A stretch of 64,000 nucleotides of DNA from Patescibacteria group bacterium. GTDB lineage: Bacteria > Patescibacteriota > Microgenomatia > UBA1400 > PJMF01. The stretch is from the NCBI GenBank assembly GCA_049322655.1, contig JBMORP010000006.1, positions 512,410 through 576,409 on the forward strand, given 5' to 3'. Numbering within the stretch: position 1 is the first letter of the stretch; the number at the start of each line of letters is the position of its first letter. The notes under the pieces are model-generated. The model saw only the letters and a program-made list of their open reading frames with translations, had not been told where the DNA came from and made no database searches. Shown here one piece after another: positions 39,086 through 48,261 of this stretch. The position numbers and the translations under genes were made by a program.

Positions 39086-40069
39086 ATGGAATCAGGAAAT
39101 CCAAATAACACCGAATTAACTCAACAAACACATACTTCTGCTGATAACAAAGAAGTTAAGTTTGCTCAAAGTCCAAAGTCAAACAAAAAAATTGTTTTGG
39201 GCTTGATTTCTTTGTTGTTTTTGGTGATTGGTGGTGGGATTGGGCTTTACTTAACAGAAGTCAGTCAGGATTTACGACAACAAGCCGATACTGGTGACTA
39301 CAGCAATTATGAATGTAACTTGAATGATCCAAATGCTTGTGGAGGAAATCCAGAACAATGTCACTGTACTGGCGGTGACGCCTGTACTGGTACAGAATGT
39401 GATGATTCTATTCAAACCTCCTGTGAACTACAAGGTAGAGCTTACTGTACAAATTGGCAGGGTCAAGGAACAACTTGTTGTGTCCCGGGATATGTTTGCT
39501 GTCCTAACTCAGATGGTTGTTGCGCTGGTGGAGGACCAACTAACCCTCCCCCTCCGACTGAACCTCCAACAACTATTACCCCAACTAGAACTCCCACTCC
39601 AAGTCCTACCGTAACAATTACTCCCACACCGACCCTTACTGCAACTCCAACACCTACCACAACTATCACTCCAACTCCGACTACTCCAGTTGGACCTCAG
39701 TGTTTGGATATTAAAATGTACAGCATGACCAATGGACAAAGTGATATTGTTAACCTGACAAATAATGATGATGCAAATTTAGTACCTGGAGAAAGTATTG
39801 TTAGATTAGTTTGTAGTAGTACAGATGGTCCTACTTTACCAGCAGGCTACTTCTATGCCTTTAGAATTTATGAGCCATGTGGCAGTGGCAACCACTACGA
39901 ACCTCTAGAATTTGTTAATAATGAAGGAGAAAATGGTATCAACTATACCATTGGTTTCTCTGGAGACTATATGGCTCAATGTGCAATTTGTGAGGTTGAT
40001 GCTGCAGGAGACACGGTTTGTGGTTGGGAAAGTTTAACACCAACAGCCTGTGACAGTGATTTAGACTAA
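39086..40069 (+). CDS. surface protein 2: N-terminal TM + SQDLRQQA, Cys-rich domain, PT linker, C-terminal beta-like domain (no LPxSG tail)
   Basis: Read from the translation. Confidence 0.85.
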   Translation: MESGNPNNTELTQQTHTSADNKEVKFAQSPKSNKKIVLGLISLLFLVIGGGIGLYLTEVSQDLRQQADTGDYSNYECNLNDPNACGGNPEQCHCTGGDACTGTECDDSIQTSCELQGRAYCTNWQGQGTTCCVPGYVCCPNSDGCCAGGGPTNPPPPTEPPTTITPTRTPTPSPTVTITPTPTLTATPTPTTTITPTPTTPVGPQCLDIKMYSMTNGQSDIVNLTNNDDANLVPGESIVRLVCSSTDGPTLPAGYFYAFRIYEPCGSGNHYEPLEFVNNEGENGINYTIGFSGDYMAQCAICEVDAAGDTVCGWESLTPTACDSDLD

Positions 40070-40070
40070 A

Positions 40071-40829
40071 ATGATAGACACTAACAATAACACACCAGTT
40101 CAAAATGAGTTGCCACAGAACAAAGTGGTTGCTGGTATTCCTAGTTTTACAAAAAAAGAAGAAAACCAACCAAAAAGAAGTATTAAAAATACTGTTTTAC
40201 TTGTTCTTGGTTTATTAGCTTTTTTTGTTACTGGTGTGGCTGGAGTAATGATTGCTCAAAAACAATTCTTAGATGATTCTATTACCGCTCCCAATGCTCC
40301 ATCATCTCAACCAGCTGCCTACATTAGCCAAGAAAGTTGTCATATTTCATTTACTGTACCAGGCCAAGAGGTTACCCCTACTCCAACCCCAGAACCAGCT
40401 GAATGTGGTTCTACTCCCTGTGAAACTGATAATGATTGTTCAACAGACCTCATCTGTGTAACAGCCGAAGATGGAGAAAACTACTGCTCAATGCCAGAAT
40501 ATGAAGAAGCCTGTATTAATAACCCCGGAATTAATACTTGTTGTAACGAACCAACCAATACCCCCACTCCGACTCCAACGCCAACCCAAGGAAGCTCCTC
40601 CAGTAGCTCCAGCTCAAGTTCTAGTAGTTCTTCTGTCACCGTAAAGGTTGAAAACAACACCAAAATCTCTGGCAATACTAACACCAGCAAAACTACCACT
40701 ACTACCAAAGGCCAACAACCAGAATATCCTGAAACTTTGCCTCAATCAGGACCTGAAGACTGGTTGAAATACCTCCAAATTGGTTTGGGAGCACTTGGAG
40801 TAGGAGCTTTATTAATCCTCTTCCTCTAA
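40071..40829 (+). CDS. surface protein 3: N-terminal TM, Cys-rich module, PT/poly-Ser linker, LPQSG + hydrophobic tail
   Basis: Read from the translation; Cys module shared with surface protein 4. Confidence 0.85.
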   Translation: MIDTNNNTPVQNELPQNKVVAGIPSFTKKEENQPKRSIKNTVLLVLGLLAFFVTGVAGVMIAQKQFLDDSITAPNAPSSQPAAYISQESCHISFTVPGQEVTPTPTPEPAECGSTPCETDNDCSTDLICVTAEDGENYCSMPEYEEACINNPGINTCCNEPTNTPTPTPTPTQGSSSSSSSSSSSSSSVTVKVENNTKISGNTNTSKTTTTTKGQQPEYPETLPQSGPEDWLKYLQIGLGALGVGALLILFL

Positions 40830-40832
40830 TGA

Positions 40833-40862
40833 TTGACTAACCTGGCTAAAAAGAGCTATCCT
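40833..40862 (+). promoter_or_regulatory. promoter-like element TTGACT-N18-TATCCT (copy 2)
   Basis: ATTGACT-AACCTGGCTAAAAAGAGC-TATCCTTA, 19 nt before ATG 40882. Confidence 0.6.
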
Positions 40863-40881
40863 TAATAGGATATAAACATCG

Positions 40882-41984
40882 ATGTCTGATTTTGTAGTTG
40901 AAAAAAACCAAGCAAATACCCAAGCAAACCCTTCAGAAAAAAAGAGGGTTTTTCTAGTTTCAAAAATAAAAAATCAAACAATCTAAATAATAAAAAGAAA
41001 ACAAAATTAATTTTGGGTTTTCTGTCATTGTTGCTATTGATTCTTGGTGGGACTATTGGTCTTTACATGACGAAGATAAGCCAAGATTTAAGGCAGCAAG
41101 CAGATGTTGGTGACTATACTGGCACTGGTGACGTTTGTACCGCCAGTGGTGGTCAATGGGTAGGAAACTTATGTTGGATGGGAGGAACAGCTACTTGTGC
41201 TGGGCCAGGACAAGGCGGTGGAGATCCATGTGCTGCTAATGGTGGAATTTGTTCTGGAACTAATGTAATTAGATGCCAATGTGGTAACGCTTGGGTCGCT
41301 GGTAAAGCTGGTTCAAGTTGTAGTGATTTATGTGGTGAGGCAAACCTTAACTGTGATGATGATTGTACCCCTACCAATCCACCAAATAATCCTACTAACC
41401 CACCACCAAATCCAACCAATACTCCAACCCCAAGACCAACTAGAACACCCACCCCTACGCCCAGTGCTCCACCTAGTCCAACGCCAACTTTACCTCCCAA
41501 TGTAACCCCAACCATTACTCCAACCATAGTGCCAACTATTATTCCTGGTTGTGGCTTTGGTCCATGTACGGATAATAGTGGTTGTGATGATGACCTAATC
41601 TGTGTAACGGCTGATAATGGCAATAGTTACTGTTCACTCCCAGAATATGAAAATGCTTGTATTTCTGAACCAGGCGTTGAAGCTTGTTGTACAGCTCCGA
41701 CTGTCACTCCAACCACCCCACCTAACGAACCAACCTCAACTCCCACTGCCACTCCAACCCAAACAAGTAGCAGTAGTAGTTCTTCATCTAGCTCTAGCAG
41801 TAGCACTGCATTGGTCAACATTACTAATAACACCACTACTTCAACAGCTACCAATAGATATGTCCAAACAACACCTACTTTGCCTCCAGAATTACCAAAA
41901 AGTGGCCCAGAAGATTGGTTGCAATACTTACAAATTGGTTTAGGCGCTCTTGGAGTTGGTGTACTATTGTTACTATTCTTATAA
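40882..41984 (+). CDS. surface protein 4 (SQDLRQQA, two Cys-rich modules, PT/Ser linkers, LPKSG tail); 5' part (ATG 40882-TAA 40986) joins the main ORF only via a -1 frameshift
   Basis: Main ORF 41013-41984 starts at a TTG inside the TM segment; its frame is open back to 40902; the upstream ATG is in a different frame. Confidence 0.7.
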
Positions 41985-42123
41985 GAATAATAAAACAAAA
42001 TTTCATAACAAACCCCTTTTCCCCAAGGGAAAGTGTCTCAGGTTAACCTGACTACAAAAGAACTAATCAAACTACCTACCTGGTTCTTAGTTTTTTGTTT
42101 TATAATTACCTCCTAGAGAAAAA

Positions 42124-42196
42124 GCGTGCGTAGCTCAATTGGCAGAGCGCCAAGCTTATACCTTGGTGGTTCTAGGTTCAAGTCCTAGCGCACGCA
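42124..42196 (+). tRNA. tRNA-Ile with UAU anticodon, CCA not encoded
   Basis: GCGTGCGTAGCTCAATTGGCAGAGCG-CCAAG-CT-TAT-AC-CTTGG-TGGTT-CTAGG-TTCAAGT-CCTAG-CGCACGC-A; perfect 7-bp acceptor stem, 5-bp anticodon and T stems. Confidence 0.92.
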
Positions 42197-42216
42197 CTAA
42201 AATAGTAAGAAAAGCT

Positions 42217-43266
42217 ATGAAAAAAAATCTTAAAAATATTATTCAAAAATTTAAAACAATTTGGCAAACCAAAAAATGGCTAGTGATCACTTCTCTGATT
42301 GTTTTGCTGGTAGCAGGCAATAAACTTTACCAAAATAAAAAAAACCAACCAAACTTAACTTTTGCTTATCCAACCAAAGAGACTATTACTAAAACCCTAG
42401 ATGTATCTGGAGTTATTGATGCTAAAGAAAAAGTTAGCTTACGCTTTGCTGCTGGGGGCAAAGTCGTTTATCTGGGAGCACAAGAGGGAGATGCTATTAA
42501 AAAATGGCAAACTATTGCCACGATTGATCAAAACACTGCTTTAAAAACTAAAGAAAAATACCTCAATAGTTACTCCAAAGAACGATTAGATTGGGATCAA
42601 AGACAAACTGATATTGGTGATGGCACTACTGTTGATGAAACTTTGCAAAGAACAATTGATAAAGAACAATATGACTTGAATAACTCTGTCTTGGATGTTG
42701 AATTAGCAGCAATTTCTATTACTAACAACACCATAACCGCTCCTTTTAGTGGGATTTTGGTTAAAAGTCCAACTCCTGTAACTGGAGTACAATTACTGGC
42801 CACAGATACTTTTGACTTAGTTAACCCAGAAACTTTAATTTTTAGAGCTTTGGTTGATGAAGCTGATATTGCCTTAGTTTCTAAAAACCAAACAGCTGAA
42901 ATTCAGCTCGATGCTTATCCAGATGATGAAAAACTCACCAGTTCAGTAAGTTACATTTCTTACCAAAGTGTGCCCTCTTCTAATGGAACTTCGTTTGTTG
43001 TTGAATTTCCTATTTCCTCAATTGATCTTAGTAAATATCGATTGGGCATGAACGGTGACGTAGAAATAAAACTAGAAACAAAGGAAAATGTCTTAACCAT
43101 TCCATTAATTGCTATTAAAGAAAGAGATGGCAAGATTTTTGTGGAAGTTAAAACGGGTACCGCCACTACAGAAGAAAAAGAAATTGAGATTGGATTAGAA
43201 ACAGATGAAAAAGTTGAAGTGCTTAGTGGTTTAACTGAAACAGATGAAATTGTTATTCCAGAATAA
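42217..43266 (+). CDS. MacA/YknX-like efflux membrane-fusion (adaptor) protein; start ATG 42217
   Basis: N-terminal TM, V.G.I.A, ITAPFSG, VDEADI..V, LTIP, IGLE...VEVLSGL; the track start lies inside the tRNA. Confidence 0.88.
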   Translation: MKKNLKNIIQKFKTIWQTKKWLVITSLIVLLVAGNKLYQNKKNQPNLTFAYPTKETITKTLDVSGVIDAKEKVSLRFAAGGKVVYLGAQEGDAIKKWQTIATIDQNTALKTKEKYLNSYSKERLDWDQRQTDIGDGTTVDETLQRTIDKEQYDLNNSVLDVELAAISITNNTITAPFSGILVKSPTPVTGVQLLATDTFDLVNPETLIFRALVDEADIALVSKNQTAEIQLDAYPDDEKLTSSVSYISYQSVPSSNGTSFVVEFPISSIDLSKYRLGMNGDVEIKLETKENVLTIPLIAIKERDGKIFVEVKTGTATTEEKEIEIGLETDEKVEVLSGLTETDEIVIPE

Positions 43267-43271
43267 ATTAA

Positions 43272-43964
43272 ATGTCTAAGAAAATAGTTGCTAAACCAGT
43301 TGTTCTAGAACTCAAAGATGTTGTTAAGGAATATACTTTGGGTACACAAAAAATTAAAGCCCTTGATGGTGTTTCCTTGAAAGTAAAGGCAGGAGATTTT
43401 TTATCGGTCATGGGACCATCTGGATCGGGAAAATCTACTTTTTTACAAGTTGCTAGTATTCTAGCCTCTCCAACAACTGGAAAAATCTTTATTAATGGCA
43501 AAGATACAACTACATACAATGAAAATGAGCGAGCTCATCTTAGAAATAAAGAGATTGGTTTTGTTTTTCAAAACTTCAACTTACTAGCCAAAACATCTGC
43601 TTTAGAAAATGTGGCTTTACCTCTTGTTTATGCTGGAATCGAAGAAAAAACTCGGTTAGAAATAGCCAAAAATATGTTAGAGAAACTTGGCTTAGGTGAC
43701 AGATTAAATAATACTCCGGCTCAACTTTCTGGAGGCCAACAACAAAGGGTAGCTATTGCCAGAGCCCTAATTAATAACCCTTCAATTATCTTTGCTGACG
43801 AGCCAACCGGCAACTTAGATTCAAAATCGGGCAAAGAGGTGGAAAAAATTCTCAAAGAACTAAATCAAGAAGGCAAAACCATCATCATGGTCACCCACGA
43901 ACATGATGTTGCCAAGATTGCCAGATCAAGTATCGAGATTCATGATGGGAAAATCAAGAAATGA
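43272..43964 (+). CDS. ABC transporter ATPase (MacB/LolD-like)
   Basis: [44 protein letters not shown]. Confidence 0.95.
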   Translation: MSKKIVAKPVVLELKDVVKEYTLGTQKIKALDGVSLKVKAGDFLSVMGPSGSGKSTFLQVASILASPTTGKIFINGKDTTTYNENERAHLRNKEIGFVFQNFNLLAKTSALENVALPLVYAGIEEKTRLEIAKNMLEKLGLGDRLNNTPAQLSGGQQQRVAIARALINNPSIIFADEPTGNLDSKSGKEVEKILKELNQEGKTIIMVTHEHDVAKIARSSIEIHDGKIKK

Positions 43965-45169
43965 AGTTAAAAAATACCTTCTTAGTGGCTCTCAAAGCTA
44001 TCATGGTCAATAAGGGTAGATCTTTTTTAACCATGCTCGGAGTAATTATTGGTGTTTCGTCAGTAGTTTTATTAACTTCAATTGGAACTGGCTTACAAGC
44101 TTTTGTAACTGAACAGTTTGAAGAACTAGGTTCCAATAACATTATTGTCCTACCAGGAGATATTCTAGGAGAAGGTGGTGGTTTTAACCGAGAAGCTCAA
44201 CAAAATGCTCTCATTAATAACAAACTAAAACTAAGTGATGTTAAAGATATTGAAAGCCTAAGAGAATATGTTGAGTTTGCTCTACCAATGAGTACTCAAT
44301 CAGATACTGCTGCTTTTAGAGATGAAACAAAAAATGCCTCAGTAATCGGCACTTATTATCAATTCGAAGAATTCATTTCTGGAGTTGAAAAAGGCCGATT
44401 TTTCAACAAAACTGAAGACCAAGGAGCCGAAAGAGTTGCTGTCCTTGGCTGGGAAATAGCTGATCAATTATTTGGTCAAATTGATCCAATTGGTAAAAAA
44501 TTTAAACTAGGCACTCAAACTTTTAAAGTTGTTGGTGTGGCAGAAAAGCAGGGAGGTGGTTTTGGTGGACCTTCTTTTGATACTTATATCTATATTCCTC
44601 TAGAAACAGCCTCTAGAATTTATGACTCGGATAAAATTGTTGAAATCATGGTAAAAGCCAAAGATAAAGATAAGATGCAGGAAAGTATTACTGCTATAGA
44701 AGAAACTCTAAGCAAAAGGCTAAAAGATGATGAATTCAGTGTCATTGACCAAACAGAGATCTTGAACACTATCAACACTATTCTCGGGGTTTTAACTGCC
44801 GGACTTGGTGGAATCGCGGCAATCTCGCTAGTAGTTGGAGGCATTGGCATTATGAACATCATGCTGGTCTCAGTTACTGAAAGAACTAGAGAAATTGGTC
44901 TGAGAAAAGCTCTAGGAGCCACTCCCAACCAAATTTTATTTCAATTTTTGATTGAGTCAGCCCTCCTCTCTATCATGGGTGGATTAATTGGCTTAGCAAT
45001 TGCTTACTTAGGTTCATTGGGCCTACAAGCATTTTTCCCGGCTAAAGTAACCATGGAGGCAATTATGTTGGCTTTTGGGGTCTCTGCTGCTGTAGGCATC
45101 ATTTTTGGTGTTGCTCCAGCCAAAAGAGCTGCTAACCTCTCTCCAATTGAAGCCCTGAGATATGAGTAA
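43961..45169 (+). CDS. ABC transporter permease (MacB/FtsX-like)
   Basis: RSFLTMLGVIIG, GGIGIMNIMLVSVTERTREIGLRKALGA, PIEALRYE. Confidence 0.95.
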   Translation: MKLKNTFLVALKAIMVNKGRSFLTMLGVIIGVSSVVLLTSIGTGLQAFVTEQFEELGSNNIIVLPGDILGEGGGFNREAQQNALINNKLKLSDVKDIESLREYVEFALPMSTQSDTAAFRDETKNASVIGTYYQFEEFISGVEKGRFFNKTEDQGAERVAVLGWEIADQLFGQIDPIGKKFKLGTQTFKVVGVAEKQGGGFGGPSFDTYIYIPLETASRIYDSDKIVEIMVKAKDKDKMQESITAIEETLSKRLKDDEFSVIDQTEILNTINTILGVLTAGLGGIAAISLVVGGIGIMNIMLVSVTERTREIGLRKALGATPNQILFQFLIESALLSIMGGLIGLAIAYLGSLGLQAFFPAKVTMEAIMLAFGVSAAVGIIFGVAPAKRAANLSPIEALRYE

Positions 45170-45210
45170 CTTTACTTTTTGTCCAGACTTTGCCAAACTA
45201 GATTGAACTC

Positions 45211-45567
45211 ATGAAAAAAAAACTTATTATTGGTCTAGCCATTTTTTTAATCTTAGCTGGCTATGTCTATGCTAGTTATAACAACCTATTACCAGAAAAC
45301 ATCCCCACTATTCCCAAAGAAAAAATTGAAGAAGTTAAAACAAACACCCCAACTTTTAACTCTGTCCAAGGAGAAACTCAAACTCAATTAGAAATTTTTT
45401 CTGCAAGAGCTAAAGAGCTTGGCTCTTATGCTCAAGAAGCCTTAAAAACAGGTATTCAAGAAGATAATTCTCAGCCAGTTCATGAAAAAGCTATTGAATA
45501 TGGCCAATATATTTATTGCAAACAAATCGTTGAGAGCTACGAGGTTAATCAACCAAACCAAAACTAA
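45211..45567 (+). CDS. hypothetical protein with N-terminal signal/TM
   Basis: MKKK followed by a hydrophobic stretch. Confidence 0.7.
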   Translation: MKKKLIIGLAIFLILAGYVYASYNNLLPENIPTIPKEKIEEVKTNTPTFNSVQGETQTQLEIFSARAKELGSYAQEALKTGIQEDNSQPVHEKAIEYGQYIYCKQIVESYEVNQPNQN

Positions 45568-46379
45568 CTAATTTCTGTCCCCAACCAACTTTTCCCAGTA
45601 AAAAAATTGTAGAGATTATCGCTTTTACCAGACATAATATAAGTTTTAAGACCAAATTTGCTGTTTAAAGCCATTGATTCTTCAATCTTCAAATCCATGC
45701 CACCAGTGACATCAACTCCCTGAGTCTCTCTAAGATGTTTTTTTAGTTCAGGCCAAGTTTGTTGATTAATATGACCAACAACTTGTCCTTTATCATCTAA
45801 AAAACCAGAAACCTCAGTAAGATGAATTAATCTCTCTAACCGATAGCCATGTTCCGTTAATTTTTCAGTAAAAAAACTTAAGATTTTCTCGGTCGACCAA
45901 ATCGTACATCCCATCGATTCGTCAAGAATAACATCACCACAAGTAATTGGAAATAAACCTTTTTCCAAATATTTTTCTAGTAACATAAAAAAATCTGCAA
46001 CTGCTTGTTTATTGTTGGTAATCAAAGAGTTGCTCATTAAAAATGAAACTGCAGCGACATCTTGTTCAATAAAAGCTTTCACTATTTCTCTATTCAGTCT
46101 AGCAGCCATATCCTGAACGACAGCCATACCATAGGCACTATCTTCATTAATAAAACCAGCCATGGTTTTATATTTGTGAGCAGGCAAGTGTGCATAACTA
46201 CCTTGTCCATGACCAATAATTAGTTGTTCATCGGGAAATTCAGCTCTTACCAACTTAATTTGTTTAATTAGCTCACTAATTGTCTCTTTTTTTAAAGACA
46301 TAAACTCTGCTTTATTAGTAATTACTGAACCACCAAGTTTAATCAAAGTAATAGGTTTATTTTTGGTAAATTTTTTCAT
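45564..46379 (-). CDS. ipk: isopentenyl phosphate kinase (amino-acid kinase fold)
   Basis: KLGGSVITNK, GHGQGSYAH (His characteristic of IPK), GD, DVTGGM..K. Confidence 0.82.
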   Translation of the reverse strand: MKKFTKNKPITLIKLGGSVITNKAEFMSLKKETISELIKQIKLVRAEFPDEQLIIGHGQGSYAHLPAHKYKTMAGFINEDSAYGMAVVQDMAARLNREIVKAFIEQDVAAVSFLMSNSLITNNKQAVADFFMLLEKYLEKGLFPITCGDVILDESMGCTIWSTEKILSFFTEKLTEHGYRLERLIHLTEVSGFLDDKGQVVGHINQQTWPELKKHLRETQGVDVTGGMDLKIEESMALNSKFGLKTYIMSGKSDNLYNFFTGKSWLGTEIS

Positions 46380-46918
46380 AAGTTATATGCTGTAATCAGA
46401 GCCTGTTGGGCTGCTGGTCTAATTTTAGCTTTTTCTTGTGCCAAAAAATCAGCTATTTCAGACTCTTTAACTAATACTACTTCTGTTTTTTCTTTTAATC
46501 TCAAAATTTGGTTTTTTTCAATTATCACTCTACTAACTACCCACAACAAAAATGTTACTTCTTCATCATATCTTTGCTGTTCAATCACTCCATCTCTTCT
46601 GATTTCAGCAGCTTTCAAATCAATAGGCAACTCAAATTCTTCCTGAGCTTCTCTCTCCAATGCCTTTAACAAAATTGCATTACGATCAGAAACTTCCATT
46701 GCTTCTAAATCAGAATTAGTCTTTACTCCACCACTAACAAAACCTAACATCCCAGCACTTAACAAAGTCCAAAATTCATCACCCTTAACTCTTTCTTTTT
46801 TTTCTTTACCTCCAGCTTCTTTGGGCAATGAATCTTCTTTAGGTAAACTAAGAAAAACCACCTGCTCATCGTGGGTCAAAACACCGATCACACCGTTTCT
46901 TATTCTTGCTTTTTCCAT
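46376..46918 (-). CDS. divergent Nudix-fold protein
   Basis: SGGV...ALEREAQEEF resembles a Nudix box (RExxEE) with an insertion. Confidence 0.5.
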   Translation of the reverse strand: MEKARIRNGVIGVLTHDEQVVFLSLPKEDSLPKEAGGKEKKERVKGDEFWTLLSAGMLGFVSGGVKTNSDLEAMEVSDRNAILLKALEREAQEEFELPIDLKAAEIRRDGVIEQQRYDEEVTFLLWVVSRVIIEKNQILRLKEKTEVVLVKESEIADFLAQEKAKIRPAAQQALITAYNL

Positions 46919-46962
46919 GGTTTAGAAAGACTATGTGATATTAGTCGGATAAAAAATTAAAA

Positions 46963-48156
46963 TCATTCAATTTCTTTAAGCAATGATTTAGCCAGTGGTA
47001 AAACGCTAAAGATCGTGATCACACCTAAAACGCTAAACATTAATCTAGTTGTTCCAAAAGCAATAATTGGACCAGAAATAATCGCAAAAATAGTATAAAA
47101 AACACCAATAATCATACTTAGCGTAGAAATAGCTGTAGATCGATATTTAGAAGAAAAATGATTGTTAGTCATTCTACCCAAAACAATCCATCTGGCAGTT
47201 GATGCCGCCATTGAACCAGCTACAAAAGGTAGGGCCCACCAACTCTGTAAAACCAAGCCTGGTAAAAGTGAAAAAATCATTAACAAGGGAAAAAATAAGA
47301 TCGAGTTTCTTTCACTAAACAACTTTTTGTTTTGCAAAAGTTTGGTCAAAAAAATAATGTTAAATAGCCTCATTCCCCCAATTAAAAAGCCCCTTATTTC
47401 ATCACTAAAACCCAAATCAACCATCAAAGAATTATTAAAGTACAAAGCTGCTGACCAAGTAATACTACCCACAAAAATATAAAACCAAGAAAGTTTTTTG
47501 AGAAATTTATTTTTAAATGCTTCCTTGGCTCCCCACTTAATCTGTCTTAAATAGTTTTTTAAAGTAAAAACTTCAGAATCAACAGTAGGTTCTCGCAAAA
47601 AAGTGGCAAAAATCCCACCTAGTAAAAAGAAGCTTCCTTCTATGAAAAATGGAGCAAAAATATTCCACTTATAAACAACTCCACCCAAAACAGTTCCAAT
47701 AATTAAGCCAAGCTGATAAACAACTCCTTGCTTGGCCACAATATCTCCAAATTCTTGTTCCCGACCATCTTGTTTCAAAGAGTCATACAGTAAAGCATCA
47801 ACTGAACCAGATAAAAAAGAATCAGCCAAACCAATAAAAGCAGCTAAAATCAAATAGTGACTAAAACCACTCGCAAAAGGAAGTAGTAAAGAACTGGCTG
47901 AAAAAAATATAAAACCAATAATAATTGAAACCTTTTTACCCAAAATATCAGCAAAGGCACCTGTTGGTAGCTCAGAAATAATTTGAATAAAGTACTGAAA
48001 ACCAACTAAAAAAGAAATTTCTTCAATGGTGATAACTCTTCTATAAAACACAATCCAAATTGGAATGGAGAAAATTAAAGAGTGACAAAACTGCATTAAA
48101 TAATAAACAGCAATGTTTTTCTCAGAAATAGTATCTTTTCTAAAAGGATTAAACAT
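46963..48156 (-). CDS. MFS transporter
   Basis: ELPTGAFADILGKK, SGSVDALLYDSL, 12 TM, YRSTAIS. Confidence 0.9.
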   Translation of the reverse strand: MFNPFRKDTISEKNIAVYYLMQFCHSLIFSIPIWIVFYRRVITIEEISFLVGFQYFIQIISELPTGAFADILGKKVSIIIGFIFFSASSLLLPFASGFSHYLILAAFIGLADSFLSGSVDALLYDSLKQDGREQEFGDIVAKQGVVYQLGLIIGTVLGGVVYKWNIFAPFFIEGSFFLLGGIFATFLREPTVDSEVFTLKNYLRQIKWGAKEAFKNKFLKKLSWFYIFVGSITWSAALYFNNSLMVDLGFSDEIRGFLIGGMRLFNIIFLTKLLQNKKLFSERNSILFFPLLMIFSLLPGLVLQSWWALPFVAGSMAASTARWIVLGRMTNNHFSSKYRSTAISTLSMIIGVFYTIFAIISGPIIAFGTTRLMFSVLGVITIFSVLPLAKSLLKEIE

Positions 48157-48261
48157 AAAAAATATTTCAAGTTAATGAAAAGAGGTATTATAGCTGAAAA
48201 AAACAAAACCACTCCCCTCAACCCCCAAGAGTAAGCATCTCATACCAACCTGAACAGAAAA

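Noticed and set aside
40899-40901. TGA read-through (genetic code 25) to explain the split surface gene
   Set aside because: Other genes in the window end cleanly at TGA (e.g. 17833, 46963), and long ORFs are intact under code 11.
38620-41810. CRISPR-like or DNA tandem repeats in CCAAC-rich stretches
   Set aside because: These are degenerate Pro-Thr and poly-Ser coding repeats with no constant repeat-spacer structure and no cas genes.
4947-42196. Integrated genomic island ending at tRNA-Ile
   Set aside because: No integrase or transposase, and I found no duplicated tRNA end by eye; AT-richness is typical of glycan loci.
42139-42216. N-terminal extension of the efflux adaptor in the ORF track
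   Set aside because: It overlaps the tRNA; ATG 42217 is the plausible start.
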